DNA from: Promethearchaeota archaeon
Lineage (GTDB): Archaea; Asgardarchaeota; Lokiarchaeia; Sigyniarchaeales; SOKP01
Assembly: GCA_016840165.1 (NCBI GenBank)
Contig: JAEOSU010000018.1
Span: 1-64,000 of the forward strand
Length of the DNA: 64,000 nt
Reading direction: 5' to 3'
Both the position numbers and the translations under genes were made by a program. This document shows positions 21,081 to 31,686 of the stretch, in pieces. The notes below the pieces were generated by a model. The model saw only the letters and a program-made list of their open reading frames with translations. It was not told the DNA's origin and did no database searches. How positions within the stretch are numbered: position 1 is the stretch's first letter; each line of letters starts with the position of its first letter.

Positions 21081-22073
21081 ATGGAAAGCAATCTCATAGA
21101 CTTAAAGAGCCAAATAATTTCTGGAAAAAGATTTCTTAGTATTGATATTTATAAAGGAATTATGATTGCTTTTGCCATCTTTATAAACGCTACTGCATAT
21201 TTTCAATACAGTCCTGCTTGGAATAAAGGTTCTGAATTGTATGGATTAACATATGTCGATTTATTCGGGCCATTCTTCCTTTTTGCTTTAACTATGACTT
21301 TTAAGGCATCTTATAACCGTAGAGTAGAAAGATATGGTGAGTATAAAACCTATCTTCATTTTATTCGGAGATTTTCTTTATATATCTTAATAGGCTTTCT
21401 TATTACCTTACAAGTAAATGCAATGGGTCTCATGTTTCGTTGGGGAACACTACAGATGCTTGGAACAACTGGATTATTTTTGCTGCTTACAGTCAGAATT
21501 AGACCATATTTTCGAATATTAATAGCAACCATCCTTCTTATCATATACCAATTTATTATTCTACAGATTATGCTAGAAACAATTGCAGGCTCTCCACATG
21601 GAGGTATCTTAGGATTGTTACCGTGGTTCTCTTTTGCGACTTTTGCCTCAATATTTAATGAGTATTTTATTAATAGTAAAAATAAATCAGTATTTGGCTT
21701 ATACGGAATAATTCTTTTAGTTTTTGGAAGCCTTATTAGTATATTTCTTGTAGTAAGTCGACAATTAGTAAACTTACCATTTATTTTGATTTGTTTAGGT
21801 ATTTCTATACTTGTTTATTTGTTTCTATTCCAAATCTTTGAAGAATTAAGTAATAAGTATGTTTGGCTTAAAAAGGAACGATTTTTGGTGGTTCTAGGAA
21901 AAAATACTCTATTACTTTATATACTCCAATCTGTTCTCAAATTTGTGCCATATTTAATATTACCCTATGATACCCTACCTGTGATTTTCTTTAGTTTTGG
22001 AGCATTAATGCTAATAATGAATTTTTTATTGGCATTCTATATGGATAAATATCATATATATTTACAAATCTAA
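21081..22073 (+). CDS. HGSNAT-like transmembrane acetyltransferase, paralog 2
   Basis: RFLSIDIYKG, GLTYVDLF, RWGTLQ. Same length (330 aa) as the tandem paralog. Confidence 0.8.
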   Translation: MESNLIDLKSQIISGKRFLSIDIYKGIMIAFAIFINATAYFQYSPAWNKGSELYGLTYVDLFGPFFLFALTMTFKASYNRRVERYGEYKTYLHFIRRFSLYILIGFLITLQVNAMGLMFRWGTLQMLGTTGLFLLLTVRIRPYFRILIATILLIIYQFIILQIMLETIAGSPHGGILGLLPWFSFATFASIFNEYFINSKNKSVFGLYGIILLVFGSLISIFLVVSRQLVNLPFILICLGISILVYLFLFQIFEELSNKYVWLKKERFLVVLGKNTLLLYILQSVLKFVPYLILPYDTLPVIFFSFGALMLIMNFLLAFYMDKYHIYLQI

Positions 22074-22197
22074 AGTCTTCACTGTAAATGACAGTCTCAT
22101 TTATTGACCCAAACATTTAAAATACTAATTCTCATATTTATAATCGGCTGTATGAAATTCAATATCTATTAATCATGATAATTGATCGAGTCTGCAT

Positions 22198-22506
22198 ATG
22201 ACCGAAATGGAATTAAGCATTAATGTATTTCTATTGGATGAGGATTTAGAAAATTTCAAAAAAATTGAAGGAGATTTTGAAAATTTTAGTGATATCCTTG
22301 ATTCTCATTTTGTGTATATTATTGTTGATCCTGAAAATAAGGTTGTTTGGATTTGGAACGGTGCAGAAGCTAATATTCGTATGAAATTTATTGCTACCCA
22401 GAAAGCACCACTAATCCGAGACAAATATGGTATTGATTTTAAAATCATGGGTATCGATGAGAACAGCGAACCCCCTGAATTCATAAATTTCTTAGGTTTA
22501 GACTGA
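22198..22506 (+). CDS. single-domain gelsolin-like protein
   Basis: VYIIVD...VWIWNG....IRMKFIA...DENSEPPEF gelsolin-domain pattern. Confidence 0.8.
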   Translation: MTEMELSINVFLLDEDLENFKKIEGDFENFSDILDSHFVYIIVDPENKVVWIWNGAEANIRMKFIATQKAPLIRDKYGIDFKIMGIDENSEPPEFINFLGLD

Positions 22507-22626
22507 GGCTAATAAATTCACCTGTCCGTTTTATAATATTTAGATATTTATCTTAATATCATTTCTCTATAACTTTTTTTACGTGAAAGATACATTTCAC
22601 GATCAAACTCCTAAACTTTTAAAAAT

Positions 22627-23253
22627 TTATTTAAGTATTTTACCTGTTTCTAAATACCATAGATAGAGGTCTAATTCTGCCATATTTAAGCCTAATTTTT
22701 GTCCTAATTTCATAAGTACTTCTTCAATTTCATGATATTTGCTTTTTGTCATCGTTTTAGGTTTCTCAATCAAACCATATTTCTGCAATAAATCAACTAT
22801 GTGAAAGTCAATAATTGCATAATCTGTAAAACCAATATTTCGTAAAAAATGGCTGCTCTCTTTATATCCTAAGCCCTTAATAGCTTTAACTAGACTATCT
22901 CTTAGAGCAATTCTATCTTCAGAAGAAAATAAGATCTCATTTAATCGCTCTTTAAAATCTCGCGCATTAACTATATAATTTGCTCGAACATTAGGAAATC
23001 GGTATCCATATTCTTTAAACTTACTTACTAAATCTTCTTCTGAAAGATTTAAGAATTCATTCCCAATAAGATCATGAATTTCAATGCATTTTTCAGCTCC
23101 ACAATTCGCTGTCATAATACAAAAACAGAGTTCCACGAAAATCTCTTTTATACTCTTTTTTTTAATTTGTGAAAATTCTTGTATTCTCGATTGAATAACT
23201 TCACTTATTTCGCTATTCTTCAGATTTTCTATTGAATTTATTAAATCCTTCAT
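22627..23253 (-). CDS. ogg: 8-oxoguanine DNA glycosylase/AP lyase (Ogg2 family)
   Basis: HhH GLGYKESSHFLRNIG, AIIDFH, DLYLWY, terminal GKILK. Confidence 0.93.
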   Translation of the reverse strand: MKDLINSIENLKNSEISEVIQSRIQEFSQIKKKSIKEIFVELCFCIMTANCGAEKCIEIHDLIGNEFLNLSEEDLVSKFKEYGYRFPNVRANYIVNARDFKERLNEILFSSEDRIALRDSLVKAIKGLGYKESSHFLRNIGFTDYAIIDFHIVDLLQKYGLIEKPKTMTKSKYHEIEEVLMKLGQKLGLNMAELDLYLWYLETGKILK

Positions 23254-23342
23254 ATTTTATTTATTATTAAACGTGATTTAAAATTACCATCATTTATTTT
23301 AATAAGTATCAGTAAAATTATCTGTTGATGTGATTCAGATAC

Positions 23343-24344
23343 TTGAATAAGAAAAATAAAGTAATTGTTCTCGGTTCACTAGCATTTGATTATATTATGG
23401 CTTTTGAAGAAAATTTCATTAATGCCGTATCTATCGATCCCGAAAATGAAAAGTATCAAAGCACTGTGACCGCTAAAAGTAGAATTCAAAGATTTGGGGG
23501 TACTGCGGGGAATATCTCATATAATTTAGGGTTATTAAATATTGCTCGGGTTTCATTATTTGGTTCTGTTGGAACTGATTTTGAGAATCTTGGCTATAAG
23601 GCACATATCGATAGATTTGAAAATATCGAACTTGGAGTAGATATACATCAAGATCTATTTACTGCAGCATGCTATATAGTAAATGATATTAAAGCAAATC
23701 AAATGATTGTTTTTCATGGAGGGGCTTTAGATCGATCTAGAGATATTAATCTTATTGATAAGATTCAAGATCCTGAAAATTATCTTTATGCTATCAATTC
23801 CACTCAAAGCGTAGAAGCAATGACATCATTTGCAGAGCAGTTATATGAAATGAAAATCCCTATGATCTTTGATCCAGGACAAGTAACCCCCCTCTTTTCT
23901 AAGCTGACGCTTCTTGATATAATTAAAATATCAGAAATATTAATTGGAAACAGCTATGAAATAAACCAAATTAAATTAAAAACTGAGCTTTCAATGGAAG
24001 GACTGCTTGACATTGTAAAGGCGATTATCATTACTAAAGGAGAAGAAGGATCAGAATTATTATACCGAGATCAGAACAAACAAATATATAAAATTGAGAT
24101 CCCTATTGCAAAACCTAATAAAATAATAGATACTACTGGAGCGGGAGATGGATATCGGGCGGGAATTTTAAGTGGATTAATTTTAAATTTGACATTACTA
24201 GATTCTTGTCGGTTAGGCTCTATTGTTAGCTCTTTTGTGGTTGAAACAAGTGGCGCACAAACCCAAAAATTTGTCATCCAGGATGTTCGAAAGCGATTTT
24301 TTGATACTTATGGTTATCTCCCTCCTGAATTAGAAGGGTTATAA
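23343..24344 (+). CDS. PfkB-family nucleoside/carbohydrate kinase
   Basis: GSLAFD, FGGTAGN, FDPGQ, DTTGAGD. Confidence 0.9.
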   Translation: MNKKNKVIVLGSLAFDYIMAFEENFINAVSIDPENEKYQSTVTAKSRIQRFGGTAGNISYNLGLLNIARVSLFGSVGTDFENLGYKAHIDRFENIELGVDIHQDLFTAACYIVNDIKANQMIVFHGGALDRSRDINLIDKIQDPENYLYAINSTQSVEAMTSFAEQLYEMKIPMIFDPGQVTPLFSKLTLLDIIKISEILIGNSYEINQIKLKTELSMEGLLDIVKAIIITKGEEGSELLYRDQNKQIYKIEIPIAKPNKIIDTTGAGDGYRAGILSGLILNLTLLDSCRLGSIVSSFVVETSGAQTQKFVIQDVRKRFFDTYGYLPPELEGL

Positions 24345-24554
24345 TTCTGTTTTTTAATATATAAATATCACCCTTATAATACTTCACATAATAAGGATGC
24401 CAGAGATTTTAATAATCGAATACAATCACTATGCATTTTTACACACAAAATTATGATTAAATGAATGTACGGATTGCTATAACAGAATTTTAGCTCCCTA
24501 TTATTATTTAAAAATAATTTGTTTGATTATTAATATAGCACAAAGGACTGGAAT

Positions 24555-24878
24555 ATGATAATGACACAAAATAATAACGATATCGAACTGGATTATTATC
24601 AAAATATCATAGATTATTTTGAAAATAAACAAATCGATAGAGTGTCAACTGAAATTTGGAAAAGTAAGATATACATTAAATTAATGAAGGTATTGGAACG
24701 AACGCAAAATAAAGAATATGTAAGAAATGCCATTCTTATGATACTTTCTCTTTTTGAAGAGAATCCTCCTGATTTTTATAATAATCAAGGCTCCGATTCT
24801 AATTCACTTAACCCTGAGGAAAAAAAATCATTTAAAACGATTCTTAAATCAGAATTTATTGATGCTTATCCTAACTAA
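24555..24878 (+). CDS. hypothetical protein
   Basis: 107-aa ORF with ATG start, helical character. Confidence 0.6.
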   Translation: MIMTQNNNDIELDYYQNIIDYFENKQIDRVSTEIWKSKIYIKLMKVLERTQNKEYVRNAILMILSLFEENPPDFYNNQGSDSNSLNPEEKKSFKTILKSEFIDAYPN

Positions 24879-24983
24879 CTAGTCCTCGAAATAAGCATAT
24901 TATTCATTTACTTAAATTTATTAGCAAATTTTTTCATTAGCATAATAACTCTTTACTTCAAAGGAATTAGGGTAGTTAGGTAT

Positions 24984-27900
24984 ATGCAAACGAATAAAAA
25001 AGTCATATTTACATTTATATTGGTTACTTTGTTTCTTGTCAATATCTTTTATAGTCTCGGTTTTATAAATAATTTTTATAGCCCATCTTCTGAAATACGG
25101 TCATTTAATGAAGATATTGCTAGTGATTTAAGCACTCAGTCTACTATATTTGAAGGTGCTCTTGATCCTCTAAATATTTCTGATTATGGCAATCTATACA
25201 GCTTAAATCAAGAAATTCAATTAAACGATCAAGAAGATTATAATTTATCTTATTATCTAGATGATGTACATGATTGGTCTGTTTCGAAAATAGAACACAC
25301 TATTGATAATATTCGAGACACACGAAATTGGATCAATAACTCTGAATTTGAAAGCCCAAACATCTATCGGACTTATCAAGTCTTCGAATCAGCACATGAT
25401 TATGATAAATCGCATTCTCCAAATTGGAATAATCCTGATTCTGAAATAGAACATATACCAGGAGCATTATATATTAGAGCACATTTTGTAAATTTTTCTT
25501 TCGAACAGGGATGGGATTATTTATTAGTAGCTAATGGAGATGATGAAGTCATAATGGTTAATGATAGTATTAGTTATGATATTTTAACTCCATGGGTACC
25601 CGGAAATACATTAAAAATTGATTATGATTCTGATGGCTCAAATGAAGAGTATGGTTATTATATTGATTATTATGAATTCATTAATGATACTACAAATATA
25701 GGTTTTGAGAAGTGGGGCTTTGATTATAAAAAGAATTATGCTTTGGGAATTAATAATTATGGGCCTGGAGAAATTGATGGTGAAACAGCGATATTTGTCG
25801 CAATGTACCCTGATTTTGACTATACACTAAGTTATGACGATTTTTGGTATGAAACGGGTGCTTTTTCTGAAATCTATCAAAATATCACATTGCCTAGAAA
25901 AGGAGTAATAGACGCCTCTATATCATTCGACTATTATTGTCAATTTGGATTGCAAACTAACGATAATTTTATCTATGTTGCGATGAATGATCAAAAATTA
26001 TTCTCTATCGGAATGGCAGATGTAGCCGATCTAGGAAAAAATGAGTGGCATCATTCTGGTAAAATTCCTTTAGATATTTGGTTAAATACAAGCAATATTT
26101 TTGATATAAATTTACCAGAACAAAGCTTAAATCTTTCTTTAGGTATTAAAGTTGCCACTGGTTGGGGTTATGGCCAAGTAGAAGATGTTCTACAAAATAT
26201 TATATGGTTCGACAATGTTCAATTAGAGATAACTACTATAGCTAATGCAACTCAAAGTGATATTGATTTAAGAATCGAAAATGAGAGCGTACTCGATAAA
26301 GAGGAATGGGGTAGCGGCGAATTAACTTTTACAAGTACTTGGATTTCAAATCCAATAATCCAAACAATTAGTACTTCTTCTCCTAATATTGAGTTCCTTT
26401 TGAATACAACACTATATGGATCAAAGATAGGAACTTCGAAATATAACCAACAAAATGATGAGGGAATTACATACAATATATTGGATAATAATACAATTAT
26501 TTGGGAGTTCTATCACAATTTTTATATGCCTTCTCAATATTCTGACTTTAAATTTTCAGTAACCAAACCAGAAAATTGGCAAATATTATCGGTTTTCGAT
26601 CCAACCTTTTTGTCGGTTCCGTTTGAAGGGGGTAGTACTGGTGATCTTTTTGTTAATATTACTAAGGATTATGCAAAATATCCGGGATGGTGGAAATTTA
26701 GAGCAACTTCTCCGAATTACTTAGAAGAAAGTAATACGTTAATGGCTAGAAATGGAGAATGGGGATTTGATGAATTTAAATCAGGGGATTTCGCTCAAGT
26801 TCGGACTCAAGTTAATTATTCTGATGATATACCATTAGGACTCAGTCAAACCCGAGTTAATCTAACGATTTATGACCCTACTGATCTTATATGGTATGAA
26901 TATTCTGCTACTCCTCTTTTAGATGGAAGCGTAATTTTTCCTGCCATTCAGTTTGCATCAGAAAATACTACTGGAGGAACTTATGAATATCGGTTATTAT
27001 GGACTAATGGGACAGCATTAGGTGGCTATAATAATAGTTTTATTGTCACACATAATAGTTATTTGACCTTGTTAGAGCCAAGTGATGCTGTTTTTGATAA
27101 TACTACGGGTGGATATGTCGGAGAATTAATTCCAGTAAGGCTTTATTTACGCGATTTAGAAAATAATAATTCTATCTCTGGTGCTAGTGTATCATTCAAT
27201 TGGACTTCAGGTACTAGCTATTTTTCTGAAGGAATAAGTGGTATTTATGAAACTGTATTACATACTTCTGATTTGGGCGCTTTTGGAATATATAATATTA
27301 TAATTAATACTAATAGGATCGGTTTTAACACCAGTCAATTCATCCTCACGATTAACCTTGGTGAACAAAGTGGACTCCAACGACTAGAGTCTGATTCTAA
27401 GATTGAAGTAAATTCTAACAGTACTATAAAATTCAGATATTATTCAGATATTGATGAGGAAGGAATAGAAGGTGCGCTTGTGACCGTCAATATTACCAAT
27501 CCAAGTTATTATTCCATAACAGAATTAGCTGGCGGTTATTATGAAATCGAATTTTCAACTAGTTTTCTTCCTGGTTTAGGTATTTATCGATTTAGATTTA
27601 ACTTTGAATCTGCTGGGCATGAATCTCAAGAATATATCTACCAATTTGAAATAATCACTCCAGTTAATCCCAATGGTGAGCCAAATTATTTATTAATCAT
27701 AGCTTTAATAATGGCAATAGTAATAAGTTCAGTTTTAGGAGCACTCAGTATAAGATCCTATGTTTATCTACCAAGAAAACGTAAAAAACAATCCGATTTG
27801 TTATCTCGAACTCAACGCTATAAAGATATGGAGAATATTCAGGCAATCGTAATAATTCATAAATTGAGTGGCATTCCATTATATTCTAAAAGTTATTCAA

Positions 27901-28502
27901 TCTTAGAAAAACAAAAGAAAGAACTCTTTGCGGGCTTTATCCAAGCAATTACCACGATTGCTGGGGAACTAATTGGAAAAAAGAGTGAAAAGGCCCAAGA
28001 TGATGACAAGATTAAATCAGACACAGTCGAACGAATTATTGAATTAGATTTCAAATATTTCTATTGTTTAATATGTGATCGTGGGGAGCTACGTGTTGTC
28101 TTAATATTAAAAAATAAAGCTTCAGAGAGATTAAAAGAGCAAACAGTTAACTTTTCTCTTGGCTTAATGTTGCAACACTCAGAACAGATTGAAAACTGGG
28201 ATGGTTCTTTAGATAGATTTGAACGATTGATCCCTCCTATATTAAATAATTATTTTGAACTAGATTATAAAGAGGCTTTTATACTCAATTCAGTCGAGTT
28301 CATTGCCAAAGTCCGAGATCAAAACGATATGAGTAAAATGGAAGTCCGTATTTTGAATGTTATATATTCTATTGCAAAAAACAAACAGAAGTTCTATTTA
28401 GATCAAGTCTTAGAAATTATACATGAAGAAGATAAAAATAAAGTCATTGATGGGTTAGAATCGCTTCTCGAAAAGAAAATTATTATTACGGCAAAAAACT
28501 AG
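24984..28502 (+). CDS. large receptor-like membrane protein: CUB-like and Ig-like ectodomain, TM, cytoplasmic longin-like and winged-helix domains
   Basis: Signal anchor. CUB pattern IRAHFVNFSFEQGWDYL...GNTLKIDYDSDGS..YGY. Many NxS/T sequons. TM near aa 905-925. IIHKLSGIPLYS...LFAGFIQAI longin pattern. Confidence 0.75.
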   Translation: MQTNKKVIFTFILVTLFLVNIFYSLGFINNFYSPSSEIRSFNEDIASDLSTQSTIFEGALDPLNISDYGNLYSLNQEIQLNDQEDYNLSYYLDDVHDWSVSKIEHTIDNIRDTRNWINNSEFESPNIYRTYQVFESAHDYDKSHSPNWNNPDSEIEHIPGALYIRAHFVNFSFEQGWDYLLVANGDDEVIMVNDSISYDILTPWVPGNTLKIDYDSDGSNEEYGYYIDYYEFINDTTNIGFEKWGFDYKKNYALGINNYGPGEIDGETAIFVAMYPDFDYTLSYDDFWYETGAFSEIYQNITLPRKGVIDASISFDYYCQFGLQTNDNFIYVAMNDQKLFSIGMADVADLGKNEWHHSGKIPLDIWLNTSNIFDINLPEQSLNLSLGIKVATGWGYGQVEDVLQNIIWFDNVQLEITTIANATQSDIDLRIENESVLDKEEWGSGELTFTSTWISNPIIQTISTSSPNIEFLLNTTLYGSKIGTSKYNQQNDEGITYNILDNNTIIWEFYHNFYMPSQYSDFKFSVTKPENWQILSVFDPTFLSVPFEGGSTGDLFVNITKDYAKYPGWWKFRATSPNYLEESNTLMARNGEWGFDEFKSGDFAQVRTQVNYSDDIPLGLSQTRVNLTIYDPTDLIWYEYSATPLLDGSVIFPAIQFASENTTGGTYEYRLLWTNGTALGGYNNSFIVTHNSYLTLLEPSDAVFDNTTGGYVGELIPVRLYLRDLENNNSISGASVSFNWTSGTSYFSEGISGIYETVLHTSDLGAFGIYNIIINTNRIGFNTSQFILTINLGEQSGLQRLESDSKIEVNSNSTIKFRYYSDIDEEGIEGALVTVNITNPSYYSITELAGGYYEIEFSTSFLPGLGIYRFRFNFESAGHESQEYIYQFEIITPVNPNGEPNYLLIIALIMAIVISSVLGALSIRSYVYLPRKRKKQSDLLSRTQRYKDMENIQAIVIIHKLSGIPLYSKSYSILEKQKKELFAGFIQAITTIAGELIGKKSEKAQDDDKIKSDTVERIIELDFKYFYCLICDRGELRVVLILKNKASERLKEQTVNFSLGLMLQHSEQIENWDGSLDRFERLIPPILNNYFELDYKEAFILNSVEFIAKVRDQNDMSKMEVRILNVIYSIAKNKQKFYLDQVLEIIHEEDKNKVIDGLESLLEKKIIITAKN

Positions 28503-28537
28503 TTTTTATATATTTTTTTCTTTCTTATTTTTAATTG

Positions 28538-29152
28538 ATGGATGCTGAAAATGATATTAACTTTGAGTGTATTCGATGTGGAAATTGCTGTACTGACCCC
28601 AAAACTATTGTTAATCTAACTTATTCTGATATTATTAGAATAAAAAGTGGCTTAAAACTCAATTTGAATGAATTGTTAGAAGTCGTGGGATTTTATATTT
28701 TTGATCATAATTTAGATGAAAATACAAAAAAAAGGTTAGTTACTCCTCCCTTGCACACTGAAAGAGGCCTTTCGTATATTGGACTGCTCAAAGATCACAA
28801 AGGTAAATGCTTTTTTTTTGATTCAACCAATAAAAAGTGTAAAATTTATCCCCTTAGACCCAATTTCTGTAAAACGTTTCCATTCTCCTTTGGCTATAAA
28901 GATGATTCTGCAGATTTATATATAGTTATAACTAAAAAAGCGAAGGATTATTGTCTCGGTTTCACTCCGAATTCCCCTCCAATAGATAGATCTTATTGGC
29001 TTAAATTAGGAGAAGAGGTATTGAAGGATCTAAAACATAATTCAGAATTTATTGCACAATGGAATTTATTAGTTAAGAAGAAGAAATTAGTTCCTTCAGC
29101 AAAACAGTTTTTAATAAAAGTGATTGAATTAGAAAAGAACCATAAGGATTAA
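28538..29152 (+). CDS. YkgJ family cysteine-cluster protein
   Basis: CIRCGNCC, CFF...CKIYPLRPNFCKTFPF. Confidence 0.9.
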   Translation: MDAENDINFECIRCGNCCTDPKTIVNLTYSDIIRIKSGLKLNLNELLEVVGFYIFDHNLDENTKKRLVTPPLHTERGLSYIGLLKDHKGKCFFFDSTNKKCKIYPLRPNFCKTFPFSFGYKDDSADLYIVITKKAKDYCLGFTPNSPPIDRSYWLKLGEEVLKDLKHNSEFIAQWNLLVKKKKLVPSAKQFLIKVIELEKNHKD

Positions 29153-30783
29153 AGCATATTTTCATGGAAAGAAAATGCAAGACATACCCAAAAGAGCATT
29201 CTTAGTTCGACTTTAAACGCCAATGGGTCATTGCTCCAATGAAAAGCGCTATTTGAATAACTATCATCGAAAAATCTATTATTTCTTTTAATAAATGCAA
29301 TTAATATTCTACTTAGATCCTCATTTGATTGGTCTAATTCTATTAAGTCTAATACTAAAAGAGCTCTTGCAGTATCCGTCAAGTTATTATTAATTGATCC
29401 ATTTTGCTTCAGCGCTTTTGTTAATTCTGAGTAATATGTTTGTTTTAATCTTGTTACATCTCTGGTTTCTTCGATTAACTTAATAGACGCTAAATGGCAC
29501 ATCATATCTAAAGGAACATTCGTGTCTGAAAATGTAGTTACATCTAAAGACACTAGTTCTTTCAGCAAATCATTCTTATCTGTGATAATATTTCCTCTTT
29601 TTTCTAACATTTTTAATGCTACCAGAGCATAGAAGTTTAAAAGTAGCTTCTCTGGGATAAATATAGTAAATTCATTTTCAAGAAACATTTCAATATCAAG
29701 TAAATCAATGATATCTGTGCTATTAATAAGATTAAGTTCTGATAATATAGAGAGGCCATAGGCATTACTTATAGGATTAGGTTTATGATAGATTCCTGAA
29801 CTAAAAACGCGAGCATTTATATATGGTTTAAGATATTCTATGAATTGTGAAGGATGAAGGGGAAGATCAAATCCAATCATTTTTGCAATAGCAATTATAT
29901 AAAAAAGATTTTCTATATCTAATGACTCAGGATTGTTTTTGATGCAAATAAATAAATTTTCGCGGTTGAACGTTAATTGAGTAATCATTTTTTGCGTCAT
30001 TTGAGGAAAATTTCCAAAGTAGTGAGCAAATGTTTTCTCATCCCCACTAAGTTCTATAATGGCACCCTTTAAGTCTTCTAGATCTTTATTTAAATACTCA
30101 TCTTCAGCTTCAACTTCATTTGGATATTGAATAAGATTCAATGCACTTTCCTTAGCTTTTTCCAATTGATCAATGATGTTTTCCTCTGATGATGGAATTT
30201 GTTTTTGCGGTAGTTTATTAAAACTCTCAGAAATAACTGTAATCGTATTTAAGTCTATATAATGATTTATGTGCTGGAGCACGTGGTTAAGGAGTTCCTC
30301 ATCCTCAAATGATATAGGATTATTTATTCTGTATTCAATTAGTTTATCTTTGAATTTAGCGGGGAGTAAATCGAAAAGATCGAGATTATCAACTTTATTT
30401 ACATCAGCTTCGACAACATATTCAATAAGACTGACAAATAAATATCTATTAGCATAGGCTCTTAATTCATTTTCATAAAATTCGTTATAATTAGAATAGG
30501 CTTTGATCCTTTCAGTAAAAGTTTTTTCAACTATAAAATCATTAGGAACTAATTCCTGAATCGGAATTCCAATCGTGTTTAATGCCGAATTAGTTGAGGA
30601 TATAATATTTTGTATGATTTCCTTTTTCTGATAATCAGTATGTTTTTTTAACTTTGAATATATGGCAATTTTTTTAAATGTCAATAAATCCTTGATATAT
30701 GCATGACACTTACCTAAATACTCAATAATTTCTTTTTGATATGTAAGACAAAAATTAGTTATGAAATAATTTATTCGCTCCAT
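29149..30783 (-). CDS. hypothetical protein, C-terminal half possibly a degenerate alpha/alpha toroid (prenyltransferase-repeat-like)
   Basis: 544-aa ORF with repeating helical units such as SNAYGLSILSEL, NFYALVALKML, TARALLVLDLI. Confidence 0.5.
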   Translation of the reverse strand: MERINYFITNFCLTYQKEIIEYLGKCHAYIKDLLTFKKIAIYSKLKKHTDYQKKEIIQNIISSTNSALNTIGIPIQELVPNDFIVEKTFTERIKAYSNYNEFYENELRAYANRYLFVSLIEYVVEADVNKVDNLDLFDLLPAKFKDKLIEYRINNPISFEDEELLNHVLQHINHYIDLNTITVISESFNKLPQKQIPSSEENIIDQLEKAKESALNLIQYPNEVEAEDEYLNKDLEDLKGAIIELSGDEKTFAHYFGNFPQMTQKMITQLTFNRENLFICIKNNPESLDIENLFYIIAIAKMIGFDLPLHPSQFIEYLKPYINARVFSSGIYHKPNPISNAYGLSILSELNLINSTDIIDLLDIEMFLENEFTIFIPEKLLLNFYALVALKMLEKRGNIITDKNDLLKELVSLDVTTFSDTNVPLDMMCHLASIKLIEETRDVTRLKQTYYSELTKALKQNGSINNNLTDTARALLVLDLIELDQSNEDLSRILIAFIKRNNRFFDDSYSNSAFHWSNDPLAFKVELRMLFWVCLAFSFHENML

Positions 30784-30942
30784 GTTTCTCTCTATAATCC
30801 TTATACTTAATTAATAATTAAACAAATTATAAAGGATGAAAAAATATTTAACTTTGTTTAATATATTGAAAGTGATTAAATAATCAAACCTCGGTAAGTA
30901 AAATTGATATATAAATATTAAAAGAAACTTTTGAAAGAATAG

Positions 30943-31686
30943 ATGACTGAATCTTATTATAACTATTTAGCTGAAGATTATAATCATAAAAGAAGAAAAT
31001 CTTGGAAGGCTTTGGAGGATTTCCTGCAAGAAATTGGTATAGATAAATTATTTTCTTCAGGTTATTGTCTTGATATCGGTTGCGGGAATGGCCGCAATTT
31101 TCCACTTATCTCTTTAACTTCAAACCACATAATTGGGCTCGATAATTCAATAGAATTATTAAAATTTGCTCAAAAGAATGCCAATAATCAAATTAAAAAA
31201 AATTTTGAAACGAAACCTCACATCCAATTAATATTATGTTCGCTTGATTTATTACCAATCAGATCAAAAGCTATCAACAGTGCATATGTTATTGCCGTAA
31301 TTCATCATATTAAAGGAAGTAAAAATAGAAAATTGATTATGCAACAAATCTATAATTTTCTAAAGGATAAGGGATGGGTCATTCTATCTGTATGGCGTAA
31401 GTTTCAAAAAAAATATAGATGGTTTTTCTTTAAAGATTTGATGAAGAGAGCACTGATACCTAATTATTCAAAGGTTCAGACTAAAAAAGGTTTAGAAGAG
31501 TTCGGGGATAAAATCGTTCCTTGGACTTTAAGTAAAGAAGGAAAAATATATCACCGATTTTATCATTTTTTCTCTCATAAAGAAGCTAAAAAATTAATAG
31601 ATGACTTTAAAATTGAGGTAATTACTAAATTAGGGGGTCCAGGTAAAAAAGATAACTTTTTCTTCTTCTTGAGAAAAGCAAGTTAG
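30943..31686 (+). CDS. Trm9/ALKBH8-like tRNA wobble-uridine methyltransferase
   Basis: Y..LA.DY...R.K.W, LDIGCGNGRN, IAVIHHI, SVW, VPW, RFYHFF. Confidence 0.78.
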   Translation: MTESYYNYLAEDYNHKRRKSWKALEDFLQEIGIDKLFSSGYCLDIGCGNGRNFPLISLTSNHIIGLDNSIELLKFAQKNANNQIKKNFETKPHIQLILCSLDLLPIRSKAINSAYVIAVIHHIKGSKNRKLIMQQIYNFLKDKGWVILSVWRKFQKKYRWFFFKDLMKRALIPNYSKVQTKKGLEEFGDKIVPWTLSKEGKIYHRFYHFFSHKEAKKLIDDFKIEVITKLGGPGKKDNFFFFLRKAS

